From positions 17,856,001 through 17,920,000 of the forward strand of contig CM022671.1 in assembly GCA_012295275.1 (NCBI GenBank): a DNA stretch of 64,000 nt, read 5' to 3'. Under the pieces are notes generated by a model. That model was given only the letters and a program-made list of their open reading frames with translations, was not told the origin of the DNA and ran no database searches. The position numbers and the translations under genes are program-made. Positions 26,558 to 38,714 of this stretch are shown here, piece after piece. Numbering within the stretch: position 1 is the stretch's first letter; the number at the start of each line of letters is the position of its first letter. This DNA is from Chrysomallon squamiferum. Lineage: Eukaryota > Animalia > Mollusca.

Positions 26558-26682
26558 TTTTAATCTACAACTATAACACTTCAGTACGTATTAAAGAATA
26601 TATTACGTGCTGTAATAAATGAACAATAAAACGGTTTGAAATAAGACATATATTATATAAACGCTTTGTTTTTCTTCTCTAG

Positions 26683-27011
26683 GCATCGGCTATGCTGCTG
26701 TCGTGATGGCGGCCTGGTTAAACACCTACTACATCGTCATCCTGGCCTGGGCTCTGTTTTACTTGTGTTGTTCGTTCGCTGCTCGCCTGCCGTGGTCGAC
26801 GTGCGAAAACTGGTGGAACACGAAAACATGTCTGTCCGAGTACGACCGCGACAAGCTGCCGTTCAACTGCACCAACACCACCGACTGGTTTGAGGTGAAC
26901 ACGAACGTCGACGTTGAACAGCTCGATGTTGCTAAATCAGTACTCTGACTTCAACTGTTCTCAAACCTACGATGCCGATAGGTTCTCTTCGCCAGTTAGG
27001 GAATTCTGGGA
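26683..27011 (+). CDS. SLC6A1: SLC6 exon 3 (TM3-EL2), with an internal frame break at ~26895-26945
   Basis: [23 protein letters not shown]...[15 protein letters not shown], then in the +1 frame ...[10 protein letters not shown]; donor GA|gtaagt. Confidence 0.88.
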
Positions 27012-27080
27012 GTAAGTGTTACGTCTTCGATGTCGGAAAATTTGATGGATCTATTTTTATTTATTTATTTATTTATTTAT

Positions 27081-27127
<47 letters not shown>

Positions 27128-27431
27128 TCAGTATTGTTGTTACTGTTGTTGTTATTAGTATTAGCAGTAGTAGTTATGCTTTTGCTGGTAGTGGTGGTAC
27201 TGGTGCTACTACAGCAACTACTAGTATTTATCTATTTATTTATTATTAAAATTAATTAAGTACTAAATGATCTTCTATGAACATTTCTCTGTCATAGTCT
27301 TTGATATTTTTTGTTATAAAAGAATTAAGTGATACACAGTCTAGGTTGAGAAACCTACATCCTAAGTAGTCCTATGAATAAAATTAATTACTATTTCTTA
27401 TATTACGTGGATTACTGGATTTATCTTACAG

Positions 27432-27564
27432 ACGCTATGCTCTCCAGATTAGTGACGGCATTGACCATCCCGGAAACGTGCGCTGGCAGTTGGCCTTGAC
27501 CTTGCTAACTGTGTGGATTCTTTGTTACTTCTGCATCTGGAAAGGAGTGAAATGGACAGGAAAG
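27432..27564 (+). CDS. SLC6A1: SLC6 exon 4
   Basis: [44 protein letters not shown]. Confidence 0.95.
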
Positions 27565-28446
27565 GTTAGAGCAGACGTAGATTAAAATTAAACATCACGT
27601 TTTACACGGATGTTCTTACACATCTGACACAAAAGTATGATTAAAAACAAAACAAGCCTTTTTGTTCTGCAGCTTTTAGTTTTCGTTTATTTATTTGTTT
27701 ATTTATTATTATTATTATTATTATGTTGTTGTTGTTGTTGTTATTGTTGATGATGATGATGTCGAAGATGATTAATCCTAGGACGTTCTTTTTTTCTTTT
27801 TCATGTTAATATTTCTTTAAAAACTTATTATTATTATTATTATTAAAAACTTATTATTATTATTATTATTGCTAGTACTCCACTACCGCCACCAGTACAC
27901 TACTACTGCTACTACTACTACTACAACAACAAACAAGCAAATATAAATATTAGGGGGAAAAAATAAAATAATTAATTTTGTCTCAGTATATACATTTGTA
28001 GCGTTTTTCTTTCTTTAATCTACTGATATTGTTACATACTTCTCAGGGGACCAAAAAAAAAAAAAAAAAACGTTATTATTTCTCGTCTTTATAGTATAAT
28101 AATTTACAAAACATACATCAAACTCCTCTCACAGTGTGTTTGTTGCTTTCTTGGTTCATGTCTCTTCACGAGAATCGGTCCACGAGGACTTCTATAAATA
28201 AGGTCAAAGGTTGTTTTTCGACACGTCAGCAGGAAATTGCCGCCAGAAGTGTCTTGTATCTGACAGTCTGAGGTTTTCATTCTGTTAGAAGAATGCGAGT
28301 TGTCGTTAGCAACACGACCGGTGTTTGTGTGTGGCGGACTTCGCGTAGTGTCCTGTAACTCAGTGTGTCTAGATCTATTTCAAGAATTTGCGCGTATTTT
28401 AATAAAAGAAATCTGTCGTGTTTATTTATTTGGTGGGAGTTTTTTG

Positions 28447-28480
<34 letters not shown>

Positions 28481-28750
28481 CATAAACATACATTCTTCAT
28501 CTCATTATTATTATTATTAAAATCGTTATCATCATCGTCATTTTTGTTGCTTCTGCTTGTTTTATTATTGTTATGATTACTGTTATTTTAATTATTATTT
28601 TTATAATCATCATCATCGTTATCGTTACTACTGCTGCTGCTACTACTACTATTACTACTACTACTACTACTACTACTACTACCACTACTACTACTACTAC
28701 TACTAACTACTATTATCACTACTTCTGCGACAACTACTACTACAACTACA

Positions 28751-28830
<80 letters not shown>

Positions 28831-28929
28831 AACTACAACTACAACTACAACTACTACTACCACTACCACTACTACTACTACTACTACTACAACAACAACT
28901 ACCACTACTACTACTGTTACCATTTACAG

Positions 28930-29064
28930 GTTGTGTATGTGACAGCACTGTTCCCCTACATGCTGCTGTTTGCTTTGCTGATTCGCGGTCTCACACTGCC
29001 TGGAGCTATTGAAGGAATCAAATTTTACATCGTCCCAGACATGTCCAAGCTAACCGACTCAAAC
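28930..29064 (+). CDS. SLC6A1: SLC6 exon 5
   Basis: [45 protein letters not shown]; gtaagt donor. Confidence 0.95.
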
Positions 29065-29623
29065 GTAAGTGTTGTCTAGCGTTAATCCACAGCTGTTTTT
29101 TAATTACTTAAATTTGCTTAAAGACTGGTCAGTGAGATGTGGTAGGTATACGACTGAACTGCAGACAGACACTGGAAAAGTGAGACTAATGGATTGTCCA
29201 TCTGTCAGTTACAGAAAAGTGAGAATTTGTACGTATATATCATTTGTATACAGATATATGCATATGAATAAATGTACCTGTATATGTATATATGTTTGTA
29301 TGAGTATGTATGTATGCATGTGTGTATAATGTGTGTGTGTCCTTCTGAATGCATGTATTACGTATGTATATGTGTCTGTATGCCAGTCTGAACATATGAA
29401 TTTATTCATGAGTATCTGTGTACTATGAACATATGTTCAGTTCATATTATAAAGTTTCCAACAAATGTCTTCAAATGTTAATGAGAACCGCTGGTTTTTG
29501 TCATATTTACCATTATGACATAAAACAGTAATTAGGGCTTACTTATCCGGAGATATGTATAAACTGTTAATTACTTAAATCACACATTTCACTTTCTGTT
29601 TGCTACCTGTTCGTGTGACACAG

Positions 29624-29727
29624 GTGTGGATCGATGCTGCGTCACAAATTCTCTTTTCGTACGGACTCGGGCTTGGAACCATGATCGCTCTGGGCAGCTA
29701 CAACAAATTTCACAACAACGTATACAA
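29624..29727 (+). CDS. SLC6A1: SLC6 exon 6 (TM6)
   Basis: [34 protein letters not shown]; FSYGLGLG is the GAT-1-type TM6. Confidence 0.95.
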
Positions 29728-30296
29728 GTAGGTTCATCTTTAACACGTTAATTAACATCAGTTATTAATTTAATTAATAATGATGATGATGATAACAACA
29801 ACAACAACAACACAATAAGAACAACAACAACAACAACAACAACAATAATAATAATAATAATATAGATAAAAAGAAAACAGAAGAATAATAAAATGTTCAG
29901 GACCTTGTTAAATTCCTTTTATTTTATATAAACAATTTATTTTTTCATGCATAAAAAAGTTGTTTTATCTATTTATTTATTTATTTATTTATAAATAATT
30001 ATTATTATTTATAAATATATTTATATGTTCCTGTCCACTAGCTATTAACAAAAGGCTAACACTAATTCTGTGAAACTTTCTAAGAACCGAACAATGTAGG
30101 GACGAAATAAAACGTCCGGTTTTGGAAAGGTGTCTGGTTTAAAGAATAAGGAAATGTATAAAAAAAAAAAAAAAAAAAAAACCCTATGAGATCCACACCC
30201 TCCCCCTGTCGATCTGTTTGCATTTTATTTATTAATTAAAGTCTGTTTAATGTCTGTTATGATCTGTTATGTTTATCTCGCTGTCAATGTTTTCAG

Positions 30297-30421
30297 AGAC
30301 GCTGTGTTGATATCGTGTTTAAACAGCTCTACCAGTGTGTTTGCTGGCTTCGTCATCTTCTCCGTCGTAGGCTTCATGGCAAAAGAACAGCAACTACCTG
30401 TGTCCCAAGTTGTCGCTTCAG
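30297..30421 (+). CDS. SLC6A1: SLC6 exon 7 (TM7)
   Basis: [41 protein letters not shown]. Confidence 0.95.
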
Positions 30422-30469
30422 GTATCTGACATCTTCTTCACAATTTTCAAAAACTGATCCACTGAACTA

Positions 30470-30670
30470 ATTTCTCGTTCCAGTCAGAGCTCCACAACTA
30501 ATTTATTAAAGGAAATGTATATTCTTTCCCCTGTCACAGGGAAGGTTCAGCTGAGAGTTTACTTGCTGCTGTTTCCTCTTTCGTTATCCGTATAGTCTTC
30601 AACCATATTTAAGACAATGTGTAACGGTAAGATTTTGAAAACTATGTTTAGTGACTAGTGAAATAAAAAA
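30470..30670 (+). mobile_element. Degenerate SINE body (MetaSINE-like conserved domain)
   Basis: TTTCTCGTTCCAGTCAGAGCTCCACAACT..CCTGTC..CTTGCTGCT; related decayed copies at ~57130-57220, ~60940-61045 and (reverse) ~54095-54160. Family name is from recall. Confidence 0.5.
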
Positions 30671-31043
30671 ATATTTACAAATGGGGAAAACAAAAATAGA
30701 GCTATCATTCCACAACATACGTAAAGACACAACGTTTTAGTTTAAAGAGATAAAATAAACCGAGTTAATGGCATGTTTTGTGACATGAATATTTTATCGT
30801 CCCATTTTGTTATGAACGATGAAAGGTTAGCAAAAACAATAAAATAACAGCTTGGAAGAATAAACAATTTGTAATTCCATTCTTTTTTTTTTTTTTTTTA
30901 TGTCTACTGTCACTAGTACACTTTAAAAGAATTAAAACGTACAATGTATAAATAAGAGAAATTTGATGCTGCATCATCTTTATTGTCGACAACAATTAGC
31001 ATCACTATTTATCAGATACGGAACTTGTATATTTATTTACCTC

Positions 31044-31075
<32 letters not shown>

Positions 31076-31082
31076 CCCCAAG

Positions 31083-31327
31083 GTCCGGGTCTGACATTTC
31101 TAGCCTACCCCTCAGCTCTGGTACAGCTGCCCATCTCGCCTCTGTGGTCCATCCTGTTCTTCCTCATGATGCTGATGCTGGGAATGGACAGTCAGTTCTG
31201 CACCATGGAGGGCTTCTTCACGGCGCTCATTGACGAGTATCCGCACACTCTGCGCAAACACCGGGAACTGTTCATAGGATCAATCTGCTTCCTGTCCTAT
31301 CTCATTGGACTGTCCATGGTTACCGAG
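31083..31327 (+). CDS. SLC6A1: SLC6 exon 8 (TM8-9)
   Basis: [10 protein letters not shown]...[22 protein letters not shown]...GLSMVTE; DSQFCT is GAT-1-type. Confidence 0.96.
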
Positions 31328-31650
31328 GTAACCTAAACCTACATTTTACTTATTTATTTACTTACTTACTTATTTATTATTATTATTATTATTATTATTT
31401 TGTTTGTTTATATTTATTAATTTATTAGCTATTTATATTATTTAATGTTATTTATTTATTTATATGTCATGCACACACACACATACATACATACATACAT
31501 ACATACACATACATACATACATAATATAGATACATACATGAACATTTGTACACACACACACACAGAGTATATTCAAATATACATTTATTTATGTAAAAAG
31601 GCATATTTCCAAATCTAAATTCACTCACTAACACAGATGTTTACTTGCAG

Positions 31651-31753
31651 GGAGGAATGTACGTCTTCCAGATATTTGACACGTATTCCGCTAGCGGGTT
31701 TGCTCTCTTGCTTCTCACCTTCTTTGAGTGCATAGCAGTTGCCTGGGTCTACG
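31651..31753 (+). CDS. SLC6A1: SLC6 exon 9 (TM10)
   Basis: [34 protein letters not shown]. Confidence 0.95.
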
Positions 31754-31969
31754 GTAAGATCTGTCATATATTTTAATTGCCCGTTCCAATCAGTGACACC
31801 CACCCCCCAATGGAAGGTAAATTAAAACTGACAGGAACGCTATGTTAAAATACAAATGCATGAAACAGTCACCAACATGAATGAAAATGCGTAAGACAAA
31901 CAATTAACAATTAATTTCAAAAGACCTTATCTTCTCACACTTTGATTAATAAGTTCATTGTTCATTTAG

Positions 31970-32070
31970 GCGTCAACCGTTTCTATGAAAACTTGAAAGA
32001 GATGTTTGGCTTCTATCCAAGTTTCTACTGGAAAATATGCTGGTGTGTGACCACGCCTGCTATAACTCTC
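31970..32070 (+). CDS. SLC6A1: SLC6 exon 10 (TM11)
   Basis: GVNRFYENLKEMFGFYPSFYWKICWCVTTPAITL. Confidence 0.95.
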
Positions 32071-32359
32071 GTAAGTAAAAAAAAAAAAAAAAAACAACAA
32101 CATCTACCGTATTTCCTGTTGTAAACGAATTGATCACTAAACATTTTGGTCACATGACGATTACAGTCATAATGTTTTTTTGTGTTTTTTTTTAATATAA
32201 ATGTTTGCGAATTTATGAGACGTTCAAATTTCATCACAGTATTTCCTCTACTATTCTAAGATCGTTATGGATTTAGTTGGAACAGTACTAAATACTGAAG
32301 AAAACATATACCTTCTTTTATCTGAGTCAAGCCGTTGAATGTTATATATATATATATAT

Positions 32360-32468
<109 letters not shown>

Positions 32469-32574
32469 ATTGAACTGTCAAGACAGATGTTTTAGCAAAC
32501 TAACCAGAATTTACTGTTACATCTAACACATACTTCAACAGGATATAATGACTCTTACAATTTCATTTTAACAG

Positions 32575-32742
32575 GGAATTGTTATATTTAGCCTGGCAAC
32601 GTTCACCCCTGTGACGTATATCAACTATGAATTCCCTACATGGGCTCACGTGGTCGGTGCGTTCCAAATTCTGTCCTCCCTGGGAATAATTCCTGGTTAC
32701 ATGGTGTACAAAATCGCGGTCACCAAAGGCTCATTTCGTGAG
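32575..32742 (+). CDS. SLC6A1: SLC6 exon 11 (TM12)
   Basis: GIVIFSLATFTPVTYINYEFPTWAHVVG...IPGYMVYKIAVTKGSFRE. Confidence 0.94.
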
Positions 32743-32825
32743 GTCAGTAACAGTTTCTGTCTACTTTCTTTCTTTATTTTATTTTATGTCACTGACATAT
32801 AACGAAGTTTGAAGTTTATAATGAG

Positions 32826-32887
<62 letters not shown>

Positions 32888-33569
32888 AACTATTTGTGTG
32901 TCATGTAAAATACTTGTGTGTATGTGAGGGTGTATGTGTTCTTAATTGTGTGTGTTTGTTGTTGGGTTTTTGTTGGAATTTTTTGTGTGTGTGTGTGTAT
33001 ACTTGTGTTTTTATGTGTGTGTGTGTGTGTGTGTGTGTGTTTTGTGTGTGTTAGCACGTACATCTATATTTCTTTTTCATTACAACCTTCACAGACATTT
33101 AAAAAATGTACTAATAACTATTCAATTATTTGTACATTCTTAATATTGTTACCCACGAGAATAGAAACAGGATTTTTACAAATTCTGAATGAAACTGACT
33201 AGCTTGTAGAAGAGCACTCTTCTTTTCTTTATTTTCTAAATAATGAAAATGTCCTTTCTCTGATGCCACCAACGTACTCCAAAAAAAAAGAAAAAAAAAA
33301 GCGGTTAATGTTTATCAGAAACATCTGCTTTCTTTTCACAGTTCATTCCCTTGATGCTATCGGTAATTTCCTCTTTCTCTGTCGCCTTGATATGTCGTAG
33401 TTAGAAACGTGCTAGGTATAAAGGTGAAGATAAATTATCAACAGACAGCAGCTGTGTTTCCAGTACTTTAAAAGTGAAAAAAACAAAACAAATAATAATA
33501 ATTAATTTGCTTTCTCAAAGGATGTAAACGATTTCTCTTATTCTTTTCGACATGGGAGGGTGGAGTAGG

Positions 33570-33640
<71 letters not shown>

Positions 33641-33723
33641 ATTGTGAAATTTTATTTTATTTCGTATTTTATTTTGTTTCGTTTATTTTTGTTTACATTA
33701 TTATTGTTTATTATTATTATTTA

Positions 33724-33772
<49 letters not shown>

Positions 33773-33886
33773 AGATTGCGCATCTTGTTTCGACCTAACG
33801 TTTCGTTCCGGCGAGACGAGGTCAACCCTCCTCCACCTTACTCCTCCATTCCGAGAACTACGACAGACGGCATCGCTAGATTATAG
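33773..33886 (+). CDS. SLC6A1: SLC6 exon 12 (C-terminus)
   Basis: RLRILFRPNVSFRRDEVNPPPPYSSIPRTTTDGIARL*; phase-0 cag acceptor after (ATT)n. Confidence 0.88.
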   Translation, partial: RLRILFRPNVSFRRDEVNPPPPYSSIPRTTTDGIARL

Positions 33887-36116
33887 TCAGCTACGACGAC
33901 GTTTTAGATAACGGAATTCTCGAAACTGTTCGGAGGTCATCGCAGATGTGTTTTAACATGCATCACAACTGGCGAATCTAACAAATGAATGCACAAGTGT
34001 TTTGACTATTATCAGGGAAAATCGTTCTTTAGTTTTAAGCCTTTGTTTGAAATGAATGAATGATAAAATTAACATTAAAAAAAGAAAAAAAGAAGAAGAA
34101 AAGAAAAGAAAAATAGATATGTTAGATAATCTTCATCAGCGTTTTTCTCATGTTTATCAAAAGTCTAAAGTGCAGGTACCAGTTAAGCAAAAAAAAAAAA
34201 AAAAATGTTGAGTTGTCGTTAGTGATTATAACCGGAAGACTAGTGGCGCCCTCGTTCACGGTATCTGCATAATGTTTTGAATACAAAGCGATTTTTTTCA
34301 TTTATATCCAGTTTTTTTTTTTTTTTTTTTTAATTTAACATGAAACAAAATTACTACTTCTAGTACTTTTACTATTACTACTACATCTACTACCACTATG
34401 ACTACGAATTTATTATTATATAAATTTGTATGTTAAAAACTGTATTTTGCATAGACTTTAAAAGTATTACGAAACGGGGAACGAAGCGAGGGTTCACGTC
34501 GTTAATTTTGTATGTAACGACTGACTTGATAACGGCTGTTTGTGAATTAAATGTCTGTTGTGTTACATAATTCGAAATTTTCCGAGTTTTGTATATTTTT
34601 ATTGTTTATATGTAGATATTAAAATTCAGTGTGTATTTAGATAGAATTTTCTAGATGTACAGTTAGAAAGGTATTTAGGAAAACAGTTGCATTATGGTCG
34701 ATCACGTTTACTATGCATTTGTAGGTAAATGCAATTTGTAGATCATGTTTTGAAACACACACACACACACACATATTAAATATGGACGAAGTTGTTTCCG
34801 ATTTTGTCGGGTTTTATTCGTACATTTTAAAGTGGCTTTGTGAACTGATGCAAGGGAAATTATTGGTTTAAAGAAACACCCAAACACAAAAGCTTAAGTA
34901 CATAACAGTGCAAACACACACACAAAAACAACAACAACAACAAAAAACAACATATACACGAAGCAAATATACACAGAAAGATATAGACACATAAACTCAA
35001 GCATGAGAAACATAGATAAGAAACCCGCAAACCACACTCATAAACATGTAGACAGACAGAAACACATACATAGATATACAGACGCACCTACAAATATAAA
35101 TGTATTACCATTCAGCCACAGACACACACATAAATACGTAACGCAAAGCACACACTCAATCATCAAAGTTTCATGGACATACATGTACACATATCCAATC
35201 TTTATCTTTAATGCAATTCTAGCTGACACCGTTTAGTGTGTTGTTTTTTTTTTCGTTTTTTTTTTTTTTTTTTTTTGGAGAGTAGGTAATTTTTTATTAT
35301 TATTATTATTATTAAAACATTTCGTAATTATGTATAATGAACAAAATAGTACTGAATTACCTCTAGTTTTAAGATATGTATATGTATATATATATATATA
35401 TATAATTTTTACGTGAACACGTGATACTATCTACTCAAAGAAGAAACATATTAGTATAGAAATTAGAAGTAGACCAAAATTACTATTCAAGTGAGAACAA
35501 GAAGAATTTTGCACATGTTAATTAATTACGTATGAGATATAATGAAAAGTTTGAACTGTTTCAAGGTAACAACAAACGTAAGTTGTGCACGACGTAAAAA
35601 ACTTGGAATTTATTTAAAATGTACCCAAGGAAAATACGAATAAATGGTCTAACAAAATCCTTCATACTTCGAAGTTATTATTTTATTGTTGTTGGATTTT
35701 CGTTCTTCTTCTTTTTTTTTCTTTTTTCTTTTTTTTTTTTTTTTTTTTTTTTGTGACCTATCAAAAATAAATAATATAAAAATTATAAATAACAGGGTTA
35801 CAAAACACCTGGACGCCGCCATTTTGAACCCTTTACGAATGGGTTACACGTTCGCGGCGGTCAAACACAGATATAATTCTCACCTTTATTAGTCTTCGTT
35901 ATTTATTAAGTAAAAACAGTTAAAACTTAACTTGTCAGTATATTGGACCAAAGGTACACTTTAATGTTATTTGATATAAATATATGTTTGTTTTCAATCT
36001 TTCTACCGTAAATAATATAAATAAAAACTAGTGTATTCAAGATTTTCTTGTGTTGTTTTTGTTGTCTGGATTCGTGAAAAGTGAAAATGCAGTAGCACTA
36101 AATGCGTTTACAAGGT

Positions 36117-36218
36117 GATTCAGTTTTAAGATATTTTTTGTTAAGTTGATTCAGTATTAAGATATTTTTTGTTAAGTTGATTCAGTATTAAGATTTTTTG
36201 TTAAGTTGATTCAGTATT
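36117..36218. repeat. 31-bp tandem repeat (~3.3 copies)
   Basis: GATTCAGTATTAAGATATTTTTTGTTAAGTT. Confidence 0.85.
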
Positions 36219-37223
36219 TATTTATTTATGTTCTTCCTTCTAAATTTACAATTTATTTATTTATTTATTTTATTGTTATTATTATTATTATTATTATTAT
36301 TTTTACTTGTCTTTATTTAATTATTTATTTAAATAATACTGCGTACTTCCTTTTTATCCGCTCTCTCTTTACATTTATTTTCAACTCATGTTTTTAAATA
36401 GATATCGTTTTAGAGGCTCGCTCCATCTTCCGCTTTCGTTCATTTACTGTTCGTCATCGGCAGCTAATTTCTGTGGTTACTAATATTGTATTACACGTAT
36501 AAAATAGTCTTTGAGTTATATAAACATGCCTTGAAATGAACTTAAAAGATTTTTATATAAAAAAAATATATCCATAGACAACAAAATCAATATTAATAAA
36601 CCACTGCGAATATATAAATGCAATGCATACTCGGTCTAGACTAATGAATCGATATAGCCTACGGGAAAACTGATTATTAATACACTATGTAACAAAATGG
36701 CGAAAGAAGCGACTGATAGTTCGCTCACACTTGCCCAAAGTTTTTTTTTTTTTTTTTTATTAATAATTTTCTTGCCAAATTATTAATCTTTGAAATGAGT
36801 CAGAGCCATTACTAAACCCAGAAGTTTGTACAAAATCTGTCTCCAGTACAGACTTCTCAACATTGAATAGGGAGCACTAAGCACAAATTCAATCTACAAT
36901 CTACACTGGGAAAAAACGTCAAACCCCTCCTCCCAAAACAACAAAAATTAATGTAATCGTAAAAAAATATCATAATTACAATTACCTTGGCAGCATGAGT
37001 TATATTTTAACCAAAGGCCGCCATTATTTCACACGACGGTCGTGTATGGAGCTAACTGAAACCGAAATATCGCGAAGCAATTTGAATAGTGAAATGAACC
37101 AAGGGAAACAACTCCATTTTACTTTCTCGAAACAAATCGTCTCCCTTGACATTCTGTACGTAACTGAAAGGCATGATTAAATTAAACGGAATATTACAAC
37201 AACAGTTATAGTAATAATAAACA

Positions 37224-37269
<46 letters not shown>

Positions 37270-38034
37270 TAAATTAAATTAGTAAAATTAAAATAATTAA
37301 TAACAAAAAATAAATACTAACTAAAAAAAAAAACACCCAACAATAACAAATCACAGACAAAGACTGGAGGAACCAAGTTTAATAATAATAATAATTAAAA
37401 AAAAAAAAATTCAGCACACATTCATTATTTCAGATATTCTCATTTACTGCAATCTCCGAATATATCCTTGTTCAACAACTAATCTGTTTACTGTAATCAC
37501 ATGGTCACATTTCTGTCATATATATCTGTAACAATCTATATTTTATGACACTGCCATCTACATAACTAGAAAAATCTAAAGTCACTTTGATCTTTACTTT
37601 TTTGTAGAAAAAAAGCAGAAACCAGAATCTAAAGTTAATATCAGTTTTCATCTGTTTTTAAATTATTATGATTCATTTTTGTTTTGATAGAATGAAGACA
37701 AAAAATATATTGTCAAAAATAAAAAATAACAATAATAAAAATATAATAAAACCTGAATGGTTCAATAATAAAAATGAAATAAAAATAAAAGGGGTCATTT
37801 AAATATTTAATTTTAATGTATGTTTGTGTGTGTATATATACATACATAGATACAGAAACACACATTGTATATATAGTTAGGACAGCACATACCAGTGTTC
37901 TTGTTATTACTTGTTTTATATATAGTAACTGGTAGACAGAAAAATATAAATTATATATATTTTTTTTTAATATTAACATTTATTGTTATGTACTTTTTTA
38001 TTTCATTATTTTTTTTTTTTTTTTCATTATTTCA

Positions 38035-38073
<39 letters not shown>

Positions 38074-38350
38074 TTTTTTTGTACTAAGGCATCTTTCATT
38101 AACTATCACTTGATTTAAACTGATAACAAAGTCATGATTATTTCTCTATGGTTAGATGGCAGTGTGACATGACAGATTTAAAAACAGCTGATGTGAAGAG
38201 CAATACTACAGCACTCGTTTATTATACTGAGATATGACATAAGTGTGTTATATAGATAATACCATCATATTAATAACTGTATAGGTTAAATGAGCAGGAA
38301 ATAAAATATACAAAAATTTAATTTTTTTAAAGTCAAGGACTGCATATCAC

Positions 38351-38384
<34 letters not shown>

Positions 38385-38673
38385 AAATTAAGTGTCAGTT
38401 ATATAATAAACCAATGGCCAAAATTAATAATTAAAAATCAAATCAAGTTAACTAGTTGAAATAGCATGAAAATCAGTACCAAGAAAAATAAATTTTCCTT
38501 TGATAATATTTACACAATACTAAAATATATGAAAATAAATATAAATTTTGGTTACTATTTAATTATTATTATTATTAGTAGTTTATTTGTATTACTGTTG
38601 TTATTATTAGTTTAATTTTATTACCGTTGTTATATTTATTATTACTGTTATTGTTATTATTAGTTTACTTTTA

Positions 38674-38714
<41 letters not shown>

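Noticed and set aside
28573-28929. Poly-Thr/poly-Tyr extension in frame with SLC6 exon 5
   Set aside because: Intronic microsatellite; exon 4 joins exon 5 at 28930 to give the canonical KWTGK|VVYVTA.
33878-33886. Peroxisomal PTS1 signal (-ARL)
   Set aside because: PTS1 applies to soluble matrix proteins, whereas this is a 12-TM plasma-membrane transporter.
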